From a virus (taxonomy: Duplodnaviria; Caudoviricetes), in the IMG/VR virus record IMGVR_UViG_3300048592_000259, positions 1-62,961 of that record: a DNA stretch of 62,961 nucleotides, one strand, 5' to 3'. Numbering within the stretch: the first letter of the stretch is position 1; each line of letters begins with the position of its first letter. The position numbers and the translations under genes are program-made. The notes under the pieces were generated by a model. The model was given only the letters and a program-made list of their open reading frames with translations, did not search any database and had not been told where the DNA came from. This document shows positions 28,364-36,738 of this stretch, one piece after another.

Positions 28364-28405
28364 GTATCAACCTAGATTGATACTGCGCAGGATATGCGCT
28401 ACGAT
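28364..28405 (+). promoter_or_regulatory. Early promoter TTGATA-17-TACGAT overlapped by palindromic operator GTATCAA-N6-TTGATAC
   Basis: -35 at 28377-28382, -10 at 28400-28405; perfect 7-bp inverted repeat at 28364-28383. Confidence 0.7.
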
Positions 28406-28441
28406 GGGGTTGTGCCCTCGGTTCCCTCCCTCGGAGTCCCC

Positions 28442-28567
28442 ATGATCCCCCATCCCCGCCCCTACGCCTGCGCCTGCGGTCACCACGCCTTCTGGATCAA
28501 CGGCAAGGGCTGGGTGTGCGTCTGCGGGTCGCCCCGCCCCTTCTACCTCGAAAGGAAAGCAGCGTGA
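28442..28567 (+). CDS. 41-aa Cys-rich mini protein (CxC...CxC), not in the ORF track
   Basis: SD GGAG; MIPHPRPYACACGHHAFWINGKGWVCVCGSPRPFYLERKAA; stop overlaps the next GTG; alternative in-frame leaderless GTG at 28412. Confidence 0.6.
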   Translation: MIPHPRPYACACGHHAFWINGKGWVCVCGSPRPFYLERKAA

Positions 28568-28929
28568 CCATGCCCCTCGGAAGCACCGGCAGCCTCACCA
28601 ACTACCTGATGTCCGGCACCAAGGGCCAGCCCGTGCCCGCGGTCGGGATGGGCGCCACCCTCCTGGGCTGGACCGACCGGCACCCCGCGACCATCGTGGC
28701 CGTCGGCCCGAACGCGCGCTGGGTCGACGCCCAGGACGACGACTACAAGCGGATCGACAAGAACGGGATGAGCGAGTCGCAGGAGTACGAGTTCTCCCCG
28801 AACCCGAAGGCGCCGATCGTCCGCTACTCGCTGCGCAAGGACGGCGGCTACGTCCGGGTCGGCGACTCCATGAGCGGCGCGCGCCTGCGGATCGGCGACC
28901 GCGACTGCTACTACGACTTCTCGTTCTGA
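28564..28929 (+). CDS. Conserved phage hypothetical protein (C-terminal YYDFSF)
   Basis: PAVGMGATLLGWTDRHPATIV...GMSESQEYEF pattern; SD AAGGA; start 28564 or 28570. Confidence 0.75.
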   Translation: MTMPLGSTGSLTNYLMSGTKGQPVPAVGMGATLLGWTDRHPATIVAVGPNARWVDAQDDDYKRIDKNGMSESQEYEFSPNPKAPIVRYSLRKDGGYVRVGDSMSGARLRIGDRDCYYDFSF

Positions 28930-28941
28930 CCGGAGCCCACG

Positions 28942-29157
28942 ATGATCGACACCAAGCGCCAAGAGCATGACGACTTCGTGGCCGGCGGCGACGACCGCTT
29001 CGACGGGTTCGACCGCGGCGATCTGGACCGCGACCACGAGGCCGACCAGAACGCCATGAACGAGGCGGAGGCGGCTGACGAGCGCCGCGCCCGCCGCATC
29101 GCCGACAGGATCGACGGCTACGACCGCGACGACATCGGCGAGTCGCCCGACTACTGA
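28942..29157 (+). CDS. Small acidic early protein, 71 aa
   Basis: SD GGAG; Asp/Glu-rich, ends DRDDIGESPDY. Confidence 0.75.
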   Translation: MIDTKRQEHDDFVAGGDDRFDGFDRGDLDRDHEADQNAMNEAEAADERRARRIADRIDGYDRDDIGESPDY

Positions 29158-29171
29158 CCAGGAGCCCCACC

Positions 29172-29459
29172 ATGCCCCGCACCGTCCAGTTCTTCGCGAA
29201 GCACGTCTACGGCAAGCGCGAGCTGTACCCCTTCAACGCGGACGCGAAGAAGTTCGCCGAAATCGCCGGGACCAAGACCCTGCTCCCGCGCCACATCGAC
29301 GCGATGCGCGACCTGGGCTTCGCGGTCGAGGAAGTGGCCCCGTGCGCCGACGGCTCGTGCGTCACCGTCGCGAAGTTCGACCCGAGCGGCATCGCCGCCA
29401 ACTGGCGCCTGCCGATGACCCGCGCCGAGGAAGCGGCCGAGGCCGGGAGGCGCGGATGA
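29172..29459 (+). CDS. Hypothetical phage protein, 95 aa
   Basis: SD AGGAG; VYGKRELYP...FAEIAGTKTL motif. Confidence 0.75.
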   Translation: MPRTVQFFAKHVYGKRELYPFNADAKKFAEIAGTKTLLPRHIDAMRDLGFAVEEVAPCADGSCVTVAKFDPSGIAANWRLPMTRAEEAAEAGRRG

Positions 29460-29830
29460 GACACCACTACGCCGCGATGCTCGCCGCCCCCTGCATGGGC
29501 CTGCTCCAGGGCACCGAGCGCAGCGACCGCGGGAGCGCCGCCACCCTGCTCGCCGACCGCATCGCGAACGGCGAAGCCTTCCCCGGCGAGCGCGTCGTCC
29601 GCGTGCTGCCCGACGGCCGCATCTGCGGGCTGCTCAAGATGATGTTCACGACGGGGCTGTGCGTCGACCTGGACGAAGACGCTTACGCTTACCGCTACTG
29701 CTACGCGACGACGCGCGAGGCGTCCGTGGCGCTCGCCGCGTGGGACGGCACGGGAGATCCGCCCGGCCCGTGGATCAAGCGCAAGGGCCTGGGCGGTGAC
29801 GTGCGCGGCCCTGGCTCGCCGGAGGTATGA
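29456..29830 (+). CDS. Hypothetical protein, 124 aa
   Basis: SD GGGAGG, ATGA overlaps; MMFTTGLCV...YRYCY...WDGTGDPPGPWIKRKG. Confidence 0.7.
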   Translation: MRHHYAAMLAAPCMGLLQGTERSDRGSAATLLADRIANGEAFPGERVVRVLPDGRICGLLKMMFTTGLCVDLDEDAYAYRYCYATTREASVALAAWDGTGDPPGPWIKRKGLGGDVRGPGSPEV

Positions 29831-30081
29831 CCATGAAGGTAATCCCGATCACCTTCGAGGACGTGAGCCGCGCGTTCGCCTCGGGCGACTGCCCGGACGA
29901 CTGCGAACACCTTCACCGCTGGGACGAGAAGCACGGGCCCGGCATGTACGAGCCGTTGTGCGAGTGCCGGCTGTCGGCCGACGGCGGCGACGCCGAGGAC
30001 TGCCCGATCGTGGATAAGTTCGTCGACGAGAACGACGCCGACGACGACCAGGAGGAACCGCCGTGCGCATCGCCTTCTTGA
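29827..30081 (+). CDS. Acidic Cys-rich hypothetical protein, ~84 aa
   Basis: SD GGAGG; CPDDCEH...CEC...DCP. Confidence 0.65.
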   Translation: MTMKVIPITFEDVSRAFASGDCPDDCEHLHRWDEKHGPGMYEPLCECRLSADGGDAEDCPIVDKFVDENDADDDQEEPPCASPS

Positions 30082-30221
30082 TGCTCTGCCCGTTGGTCCT
30101 CGCCAACGTGGTGCTGTGGTGGGCCGTCGCGAAGATGCCGTTCGTGTCGATCGCGTGGCTCGTGGCTTTGTGGGTCTGCTGGCGCATCGTGCGCGCCGAT
30201 TGGGAGAGTCGATCATGGTGA
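30063..30221 (+). CDS. 52-aa two-TM membrane protein, not in the ORF track
   Basis: SD AGGAGG before GTG; MRIAFLMLCPLVLANVVLWWAVAKMPFVSIAWLVALWVCWRIVRADWESRSW. Confidence 0.6.
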   Translation: MRIAFLMLCPLVLANVVLWWAVAKMPFVSIAWLVALWVCWRIVRADWESRSW

Positions 30222-30421
30222 ACCCGGAAGCGAAGAAACGCGCCGCCAACTTCATGGCCGGCCTGTGCCTGGGCCTGACCATCGGCCTGTTCGCGGGCGG
30301 CATGGCCCTCGCGATGGTCGGCGAGAACGGCGCCGCGAGTTGCATCCTGCTCGTCGCGGCCGGGTCGTGCATCAGCGGCGTCGCCCTGGGTTCGATGTAC
30401 GCCGATTCGCTGGAGCGTTGA
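30215..30421 (+). CDS. 68-aa two-TM membrane protein
   Basis: SD GGGAG; MVNPEAKKRAANFMAGLCLGLTIGLFAGG..., two hydrophobic stretches. Confidence 0.6.
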   Translation: MVNPEAKKRAANFMAGLCLGLTIGLFAGGMALAMVGENGAASCILLVAAGSCISGVALGSMYADSLER

Positions 30422-30422
30422 C

Positions 30423-31091
30423 ATGGACGACACGACGGAAGGCGCGCGCCTGCGCGACGAGGGCATGGCGACGGCGATCGCCCACGCCGAGCGCGACGCG
30501 CCCGGCTGGGGCAGGGCCGCGCTCCTGATGGTCGAGGCGTTCTGCAAGAACCTCGGCCAGCTGCCGTTCATGAACGAGGACGTGCGCGTCTACGCCTACG
30601 CGCGCGGCCTGCCGCTGCCGCCGGACGATCGCGCCTGGGGCGGCGTCATGCGCACCGCGCTCCTGCACAAGGTCGTGCGCCAGATCGGCACGCGCCCCGT
30701 GAAGGCGGCGAGCGGGCACCGCGGGCCGCGCGCGCTGTGGATCGCCTACGACGCACCGATGCAGCCGGAGCTTCCCGAGCATCCGCGCATCGGCGCCCTG
30801 GTCGCCGAGGTCGAGCGGTTGCGCGAGCGGATCCGCGTCGAGCGCGGCAATCACCTGGGGACGCTGACGCTCCTGCGCGTGCAGAAGCGCGTCAACCGGA
30901 CGCTGCGCCGGCAGCTCGCGCGCGCCATGAGCCAGCGGATCACGCACCTGGGCGCGGCGAAAGACGACCGGGGCAACATCATCGAACACCTGGCGTCGCC
31001 GGCCTGCTGGTGCCGCCCCACGCTGGATTACGTCGACCCGCTGACCGGCAACGGCGTGTGGGTCCACAAGGAGAAGGCCGATGCCTCGTAA
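30423..31091 (+). CDS. Hypothetical mosaic protein, 222 aa
   Basis: SD GGAG; N-terminal GARLRDEGM...RAWGGV domain, coiled coil, C-terminal HxxxxxCWCxP...WVH motif. Confidence 0.7.
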   Translation: MDDTTEGARLRDEGMATAIAHAERDAPGWGRAALLMVEAFCKNLGQLPFMNEDVRVYAYARGLPLPPDDRAWGGVMRTALLHKVVRQIGTRPVKAASGHRGPRALWIAYDAPMQPELPEHPRIGALVAEVERLRERIRVERGNHLGTLTLLRVQKRVNRTLRRQLARAMSQRITHLGAAKDDRGNIIEHLASPACWCRPTLDYVDPLTGNGVWVHKEKADAS

Positions 31092-31299
31092 CCCGAAGAC
31101 CGTGGACGTACTCGCCGCCACCCAACGACGCAGGCTCGCGACGATCGGCAAGCAGCTCGCGGCCGTCTACGCGCGCATCGCGAAGGAGCGCGACAAGATC
31201 GACGACCTGATTTCCGAAGCCGAGGCGATCCGGGAGAACTGCGACAGCGCGCTCACGAGCATGGTCGAGGCGCGCGACGCCCTGTCGCAATACCTATGA
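31081..31299 (+). CDS. Coiled-coil hypothetical protein, 72 aa
   Basis: Overlapping start and stop, high GC3. Confidence 0.65.
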   Translation: MPRNPKTVDVLAATQRRRLATIGKQLAAVYARIAKERDKIDDLISEAEAIRENCDSALTSMVEARDALSQYL

Positions 31300-31553
31300 C
31301 CGGCCCCGTCCTGATCCCGTACCCGCACGTCAGCCTGGCGGCGGTCGCGGACCACCTGCGCAAGGTCGCCGACAAGATCGACAAGGGCGACTTCGGCGCG
31401 GTCGGATGCTGCTCGGTCGTGGTCCTCGGGAACAAGCTGAACGTGTTCGGCTTTGGCTCCGACGCCGCCGGCCCGTCGTGCGCCGCGGTGCTGATGGCCG
31501 GCGCGCACCAGTTGATTGAAACGATCGTCCACCACGGGGAAAGCAATGGGTGA
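31296..31553 (+). CDS. Hypothetical protein, 85 aa
   Basis: ATGA overlap, high GC3. Confidence 0.65.
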   Translation: MTGPVLIPYPHVSLAAVADHLRKVADKIDKGDFGAVGCCSVVVLGNKLNVFGFGSDAAGPSCAAVLMAGAHQLIETIVHHGESNG

Positions 31554-32571
31554 CAAGACCGGCATCGAATGGACCGACGCGACGTGGAACCCGGTCACGG
31601 GCTGCTCGAAGGTGTCGGCCGGCTGCAAGAACTGCTATGCGAAGTACCAGGCATGGCCGCGCCTCGCGAACGCGCGCGGCACCGTCTACTTCGGGCGCCA
31701 CTTCGAGGACGTGAAGTACCACGTCGACCGCCTCGACGATCCGCTGCGCTGGACCAAGCCGCGCCGCATCTTCGTGAACAGCATGTCGGACCTGTTCCAC
31801 GAGAAGGTCCCGTTCGACTTCATCGACAAGGTGTTCGCCGTGATGGCGCTCGCGCCGCGGCACACCTTCCAGATCCTCACGAAGCGGCCGGAGCGGATGC
31901 GCGAGTACATGGCCCGCGACGAGACGCGCGCCAACGCCATCGGGCACGCATGGATGATGCTGGGCCGGATGCCGAGGTACAGGCACGAAGACGTGCTGCA
32001 TCGCGTGTGGCCGCTGCCGAACGTCTGGCTGGGCGTGAGCGTCGAGGACCAGGCCAACGCGGACCTGCGGATCCCGATGCTGCTACGCACGATCGCGGCT
32101 ATCCGATGGATCAGCGCGGAGCCGCTGCTCGGGCCGGTCGACCTCAAGATGATGGAGTACGAGACGTGCGCCGAACGTGACGGCAAGGGCCTCGTGCTCG
32201 GGACGCGCGAGCGGATGCTCGATTGGGTCGTCGTCGGCGGCGAGAGCGGGGCGGGAGCCCGGCCGATGCACGTGGCATGGGCGCGCGACATCGTCGCCCA
32301 ATGCCGGCAGGCCGACATTCCGGTGCTGGTGAAGCAGCTCGGCGCCGACCCGCGCGGCTGGTGCGCGTCGAACGTGCCCGAGAACATCGGCGACGACGAG
32401 CATCGGCAGCTGATGCGCGACGACCCGGAGCTCTGCGACAACTACGAGGCGCACGAGCAGGCCGGGCATTGCAACAGCTACGGCAAGCGGTGCGTGATGA
32501 TGACCGACCGCAAGGGCGGCGACATGACCGAATGGCCGGCCGACCTTCGGGTGAGGGAGTATCCGCGATGA
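31546..32571 (+). CDS. Phage Gp37/Gp68 (DUF5131) radical-SAM-like protein, 341 aa
   Basis: IEWTDATWNPVTGCSKVSAGCKNCYA, IFVNSMSDLFH, FQILTKRP, SAEPLLGP, WVVVGGESG motifs. Confidence 0.9.
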   Translation: MGDKTGIEWTDATWNPVTGCSKVSAGCKNCYAKYQAWPRLANARGTVYFGRHFEDVKYHVDRLDDPLRWTKPRRIFVNSMSDLFHEKVPFDFIDKVFAVMALAPRHTFQILTKRPERMREYMARDETRANAIGHAWMMLGRMPRYRHEDVLHRVWPLPNVWLGVSVEDQANADLRIPMLLRTIAAIRWISAEPLLGPVDLKMMEYETCAERDGKGLVLGTRERMLDWVVVGGESGAGARPMHVAWARDIVAQCRQADIPVLVKQLGADPRGWCASNVPENIGDDEHRQLMRDDPELCDNYEAHEQAGHCNSYGKRCVMMTDRKGGDMTEWPADLRVREYPR

Positions 32572-33401
32572 CCGACGAGCTACGAGAAATACTCATGCAC
32601 GCGACCATCTACGACCAGATCGACGCGCTCGTGAGGGCGCTGCGAATCCAACGGCAGATTGACGAGAACGGCGTCGAGGTCGCCGTGTCGCGGGAGTCTG
32701 TCGACATGGCGATCAAGGAGCTGCTGAAGCTCCGTGCCGATCGCGACGAGGCGCGCGACGGCCGAGCCCAAAACTGGCAGAACATGTACCAGTGGATGGT
32801 CGTGGCGACGAGAATGCGCAACGAACTGAACGGCGCTCGCCTGGCCCTGAACGCGGCCGAGGCCATGCTCGCGGCGGCGGTGGACGAGCGCGACGCCGCT
32901 CGCGCGCGGGCAGAGGCGGCCGAGGCGAAGCTCAACGCGCCCGAGCTCATCGACTTCCGCGAGGCCGTCGTCGCCGAGGCCGCGCACCAGCGCGAGCGTT
33001 GGGGAACCGACCACGACGCCGGCAAGACGCCAGCCGACTGGTTCTGGCTCGTCGGCTATCTCGCGGGCAAGGCCCTCGCGGCGACGAAGGGCGAAGCTCT
33101 TCCTCGCTACCGGCACGTCAAGTACGGCACGACCTACGAAGTGATCGCGGTCGTCGAGAACGAGAACAACCGCGGGCAGAGCATCGTCGTCTATCGCGGC
33201 GAGAGCGACGGGAAGCGATGGGCTCGCCCGGCCGAGCAATTCTTCGACGGGCGCTTCGAGGAACTGCCGGCGCAGCTGCCCGACAAGCTGCTCCACCACA
33301 TCATCACGACCGCAGCCGCGTGCGCGAACTGGCATGCGCACGTCCTCGGCAAGACGAACTTGCGGCCGGGCATCGCGCCGCCGCCGGGGGAGGCGCCGTG
33401 A
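32568..33401 (+). CDS. Coiled-coil plus MazG-like helical domain with inserted DUF1653-like domain, 277 aa
   Basis: EAAHQRERWG..HD..KTPADWFWLVGYLAGKA and HHIITTAAACANW flank RYRHVKYGTTYEVI...VVYRG...WARPAEQFFDGRF. Confidence 0.65.
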   Translation: MTDELREILMHATIYDQIDALVRALRIQRQIDENGVEVAVSRESVDMAIKELLKLRADRDEARDGRAQNWQNMYQWMVVATRMRNELNGARLALNAAEAMLAAAVDERDAARARAEAAEAKLNAPELIDFREAVVAEAAHQRERWGTDHDAGKTPADWFWLVGYLAGKALAATKGEALPRYRHVKYGTTYEVIAVVENENNRGQSIVVYRGESDGKRWARPAEQFFDGRFEELPAQLPDKLLHHIITTAAACANWHAHVLGKTNLRPGIAPPPGEAP

Positions 33402-34024
33402 CGCCAAAGCCATTCGTGACGCTCGTGTGCGGCTTCGGCCGCTGCGGATCCTCGCTCGTCATGCAGATGCTCGATGCCGGCGGCATCCCGGGCACCGGGA
33501 AGTACCCGGCCTTCGAGCCCGAGGAAACCGCCGTTGTGCTGCACGGCGAGACGCTGGACAAGGCGTGGCTCGCCGCGCAGGTCGGCAAGGCGGTGAAGGT
33601 GCTGGACCCGCAGCGCGGGCGCCTGCCGGCCGGCGTGCCGATCCGGGCCATCTGGATGTCGCGCAACCCGGACCAGCAGGCCGCGTCGCAAGCGAAGCTC
33701 ATGGGGTCGATGTTCGCCGGCTTCGGCATCCCGCTGCCGCGCGAGGACCGACGCGCGCTGATCCGCGGATACAAGGCCGACATGCCGCGCGTGCGTCGCG
33801 TGTTGAAAAACGCCGGAGCGCCCGATCCGATGTACGCCAGCTTCGAACACGCGCTGGCGTGCCCCGGCGGCTTCGCCTATGCGGTCGACAAGCACCTGGG
33901 CGGCGGACTCGACACGGCGGCGATGGAGGCGGTCGTCGTGCGGCGCGGCCCCGAGTGTCAGCCCGACATGGCGCTCGAACTGCGGCTGATTCGCGAGCGC
34001 GAGGCGCGCGGGGTGCAGGCATGA
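33398..34024 (+). CDS. Sulfotransferase-like P-loop protein, 208 aa
   Basis: GTG start (GTGA overlap); VCGFGRCGSSLVMQML 5'-PSB-like loop, KAVK, IWMSRNP..Q..S 3'-PB-like motif. Confidence 0.7.
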   Translation: MTPKPFVTLVCGFGRCGSSLVMQMLDAGGIPGTGKYPAFEPEETAVVLHGETLDKAWLAAQVGKAVKVLDPQRGRLPAGVPIRAIWMSRNPDQQAASQAKLMGSMFAGFGIPLPREDRRALIRGYKADMPRVRRVLKNAGAPDPMYASFEHALACPGGFAYAVDKHLGGGLDTAAMEAVVVRRGPECQPDMALELRLIREREARGVQA

Positions 34025-34485
34025 TCCTCTGGCAGCGCACCACGAAGTTCGACGAGCGCGGCGCGCGCCTGGCCGATCGCCACTACTCGCGCCGCAAGGT
34101 CGGGTCGCCGCAGTTCATGCCGCCCGGGCAGACCATCATCCTGGTCACGCCCGCGGCCGATGCCGTCTTCGGCTGGTGGCGCCCGCATCCGGGTTCCGGG
34201 CTCCAGTCGATGAACGGCCTGGACGGCTGGACGTGCACGATCTTCCGCAACGAGTCGTCGACGCGATCGAGCGACCTGATCCTCGATGCCGAGCTCGCCA
34301 TCGCCGAGGCCGGCCACGGATGCGGGCCGGACGGCATGCTGACCTACGTTTTCGATCGGAAGGTGCGATCGACCAACCCCGGCTTCTGCTTCAAGTGCGC
34401 GGGCTGGGACCCGCGCGGTCGCAGCGCCGATCGGCGCAAGACGCTGCTCGCGAAGCCGTTCGATCGCGCTGGAGTCCAACGATGA
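34021..34485 (+). CDS. Mom-like GNAT-fold putative DNA-modification protein, 154 aa
   Basis: ADRHYSR at the N-terminus and LTYVFD...NPGFCFKCAGW at the C-terminus, resembling Mu Mom-family motifs. Confidence 0.55.
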   Translation: MILWQRTTKFDERGARLADRHYSRRKVGSPQFMPPGQTIILVTPAADAVFGWWRPHPGSGLQSMNGLDGWTCTIFRNESSTRSSDLILDAELAIAEAGHGCGPDGMLTYVFDRKVRSTNPGFCFKCAGWDPRGRSADRRKTLLAKPFDRAGVQR

Positions 34486-34973
34486 TCTTCTACAGCCAGA
34501 TCCGCCGGAAGGTACCGAAGTTCGAGGTGTTCCTGACGGCGAACGGCGCCCAGGTGCTTCGCCCGACGAACGAGTGGGAGGTCGCGCGCTTCATCGCGGG
34601 CGGCGAGACGGGCATTGTCTACCGGAACAAGCGCGACGAAGTGTCGTTCGTCGGCCCCGCGGAGGGCGCCTTCTCGGCCTTCCGCAGCGGCCAGCCGTGG
34701 CGCGTCGACCAGAAGAACGGGAAGGCGCTGCGCAGCAAGCCGGTGGCCGCGACGATCCGCGCGCGCGACGGCGACGAGTGCTTCTACTGCGCCCTCGCGG
34801 TGTCGATCGAGGACGAGTCGGTCGAGCATCTGGTCGCGCGCGCGCACGACGGCCCGAACCACATCAGCAACCTGTTCCTGGCGCATCGGCTGTGCAACGC
34901 GAAGGCTGGGCACCTGTCCGCGCCCGAGAAGATCCGCCTGCACGTCGCCGCGCGCCTCGCGAGGGCAGCATGA
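34482..34973 (+). CDS. HNH endonuclease, 163 aa
   Basis: RDGDECFYC...SVEHLVARAHDGPNHISNLFLAHRLCN. Confidence 0.85.
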   Translation: MIFYSQIRRKVPKFEVFLTANGAQVLRPTNEWEVARFIAGGETGIVYRNKRDEVSFVGPAEGAFSAFRSGQPWRVDQKNGKALRSKPVAATIRARDGDECFYCALAVSIEDESVEHLVARAHDGPNHISNLFLAHRLCNAKAGHLSAPEKIRLHVAARLARAA

Positions 34974-35164
34974 CGCCGCCGACCGCTGACGAGATCCGCG
35001 CGTGGCGCGAGGCGCGCAGCCTGACCACGAAGGAGGCCGCCGATCGCGTCTACGTCTCGCGGCGCACGTGGCAGGCGTGGGAGAAGGGCACGAACATCAT
35101 GCCGGCCGGCCTGTGGGAACTCGCGCAGTTGAAGGACCAGGGAGCGCCGGTCGGGACTGCATAA
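34970..35164 (+). CDS. XRE-family HTH protein, 64 aa
   Basis: EIRAWREARSLTTKEAADRVYVSRRTWQAWEKG. Confidence 0.85.
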   Translation: MTPPTADEIRAWREARSLTTKEAADRVYVSRRTWQAWEKGTNIMPAGLWELAQLKDQGAPVGTA

Positions 35165-35191
35165 AAAAGGGGCACCCGAGGGCGCCCCTTC
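35163..35191. terminator. Terminator between convergent operons (stronger for the minus strand)
   Basis: AAAAAAGGGGCACCC-GA-GGGCGCCCCTTC; the minus strand gives a hairpin followed by TTTTTT. Confidence 0.8.
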
Positions 35192-35215
35192 TCCCGCCTG
35201 GGTCCGCGGTTCTGT

Positions 35216-35680
35216 TTACGGCGCGGGACTCGTGGTGAAGTCGATGCGCCCGCCGACCGCCTCGCCCGCGATGACTTCCACGTCGCCGAGCAGCGTGAGC
35301 GGCTTGACGCCCTCGCCCGTGTCCACGTCCGCTTCGCAGGTGACCTGCGCGGTGCCGAGCGTGCCGGTCGGCGTGATCGTCGCCGTGCCGTCGCCGTTGT
35401 CCTGCACCGTCAGCACGTCGGGGTTGCTCGAACCCCACACGGGATTGCCGTCGATCGCCGCAGCGTTGCCCTTGCTGTCGACGAAGACGGCCGCCGCGAG
35501 GGCGATGAAGCCGATTGCGAGTTTCATGTCGAAGTCTCCTTGGAAGGTGAGGGTGTTTCGCCCGATCCGCACCGTCACCTGGGGCTTCGGCGCGGGGACA
35601 GGTTCCTTGCAGTCGGGCGCGCAACCGCAGAACGTCCGACAGAACAGGTACCGCATGAACTTGAAGAAAGTGTCGGGCAT
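35216..35680 (-). CDS. Ig-like (Big_2-type) domain protein; long form 154 aa, internal start at 35527 gives 103 aa
   Basis: SD AGGAG before 35680 and AAGGAG before 35527; PVWGSSNPDVLTV...GTATIT...GTAQVT Ig motif. Confidence 0.65.
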   Translation of the reverse strand: MPDTFFKFMRYLFCRTFCGCAPDCKEPVPAPKPQVTVRIGRNTLTFQGDFDMKLAIGFIALAAAVFVDSKGNAAAIDGNPVWGSSNPDVLTVQDNGDGTATITPTGTLGTAQVTCEADVDTGEGVKPLTLLGDVEVIAGEAVGGRIDFTTSPAP

Positions 35681-35688
35681 CGCGGCTC

Positions 35689-36072
35689 CTACGACGGGTT
35701 GCGCACCTTGGCGGCCATGATGAGGGCGAGGTAAGCGACGAGAACGAAGTCGATCACCAGCCCCATGAACGCCTGCATCGGACCCTGGAACACGTAGGCG
35801 GTCGTCGCCAGCGCGAGGAAGTTGCACAGCGCCAGCCCGATGCCGAAAGCGCGCCACCGTGTTCCGTGCGAGTACGCGCCGATCGTACACGTCGCGAAGC
35901 CCATCAGCAACGCGCCGACCATGATTTGCTCGAACCCCAGGCTGTAGACCGCGCTCATCACGTTGCCGCGCACGCGCGGGAAGAAGAAGCCCGAACACCA
36001 TGTCAGCTGCCGGATGCCGGCGAGCAGCAGGACGAAGTTGAACAGGCCGAGGGCGAGGGGGTTGAGGATCAT
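35689..36072 (-). CDS. Multi-pass membrane protein, 127 aa
   Basis: About four hydrophobic segments; within the lysis region. Confidence 0.65.
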   Translation of the reverse strand: MILNPLALGLFNFVLLLAGIRQLTWCSGFFFPRVRGNVMSAVYSLGFEQIMVGALLMGFATCTIGAYSHGTRWRAFGIGLALCNFLALATTAYVFQGPMQAFMGLVIDFVLVAYLALIMAAKVRNPS

Positions 36073-36088
36073 GGTCGGCGTCGACGGG

Positions 36089-36709
36089 TCAGCGGTTGCG
36101 TCCGCGGTTCTTCTTCCCGGCGCCCGGGAAGCCCGGCTGGTCCAGGTCGCGCTCGCTCGGGTGCTTCCAGGTTTCCTCGACGTAGGCTTGCGGCAGGCCG
36201 CCGTTCGCCCACTTGCCGAGCGCGTTCACCTTCGGCGCGCCGGCCGCGATCCACGCCGCGTAGTTGTCGCTGGCCGACAGCTGGTTGTTGTAGGCGTAGG
36301 ACGCGCCGAGCGGATTCCAGCCGATCGTGCCCGGGCTCGTCATCACTTCGTTCCACGGCAGGCCCTCGACATCGGGGCCGACGACGGCGAGCTCGCGCGG
36401 CTTCGTCCCGCCGAGCATGCCGAGGATGATGTTCGCCTGGTTGTAGTCGGCGACGCTCGCGCCGACCATCGCGCCCAGCAGGCCCTTCATCCAGAAGTCG
36501 CGCGCGAAGTACTTGCCATCGCCCGACAGGTACGGCGCCAGCACGTCGCCCAGGAGGCGCGCGCGCTGGTCCGCGGGCAACGACTGGTCGCTGAAGCGCG
36601 GGTCCTGCGGCAGCAGGGTGGGAACCGTCGGCGCCGGCGCGGGGCCTTGCATCGCGCGCAGGGACGCCAGCAGGGCCTCGGTCGAGGCGATCGCTTGTGC
36701 CAGATCCAT
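36089..36709 (-). CDS. Hypothetical protein, 206 aa
   Basis: SD AGGAG before MDLAQAIAST; high GC3. Confidence 0.7.
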   Translation of the reverse strand: MDLAQAIASTEALLASLRAMQGPAPAPTVPTLLPQDPRFSDQSLPADQRARLLGDVLAPYLSGDGKYFARDFWMKGLLGAMVGASVADYNQANIILGMLGGTKPRELAVVGPDVEGLPWNEVMTSPGTIGWNPLGASYAYNNQLSASDNYAAWIAAGAPKVNALGKWANGGLPQAYVEETWKHPSERDLDQPGFPGAGKKNRGRNR

Positions 36710-36738
36710 GATGCTCTCCTGTCCTTGTTGTGGGTGGG

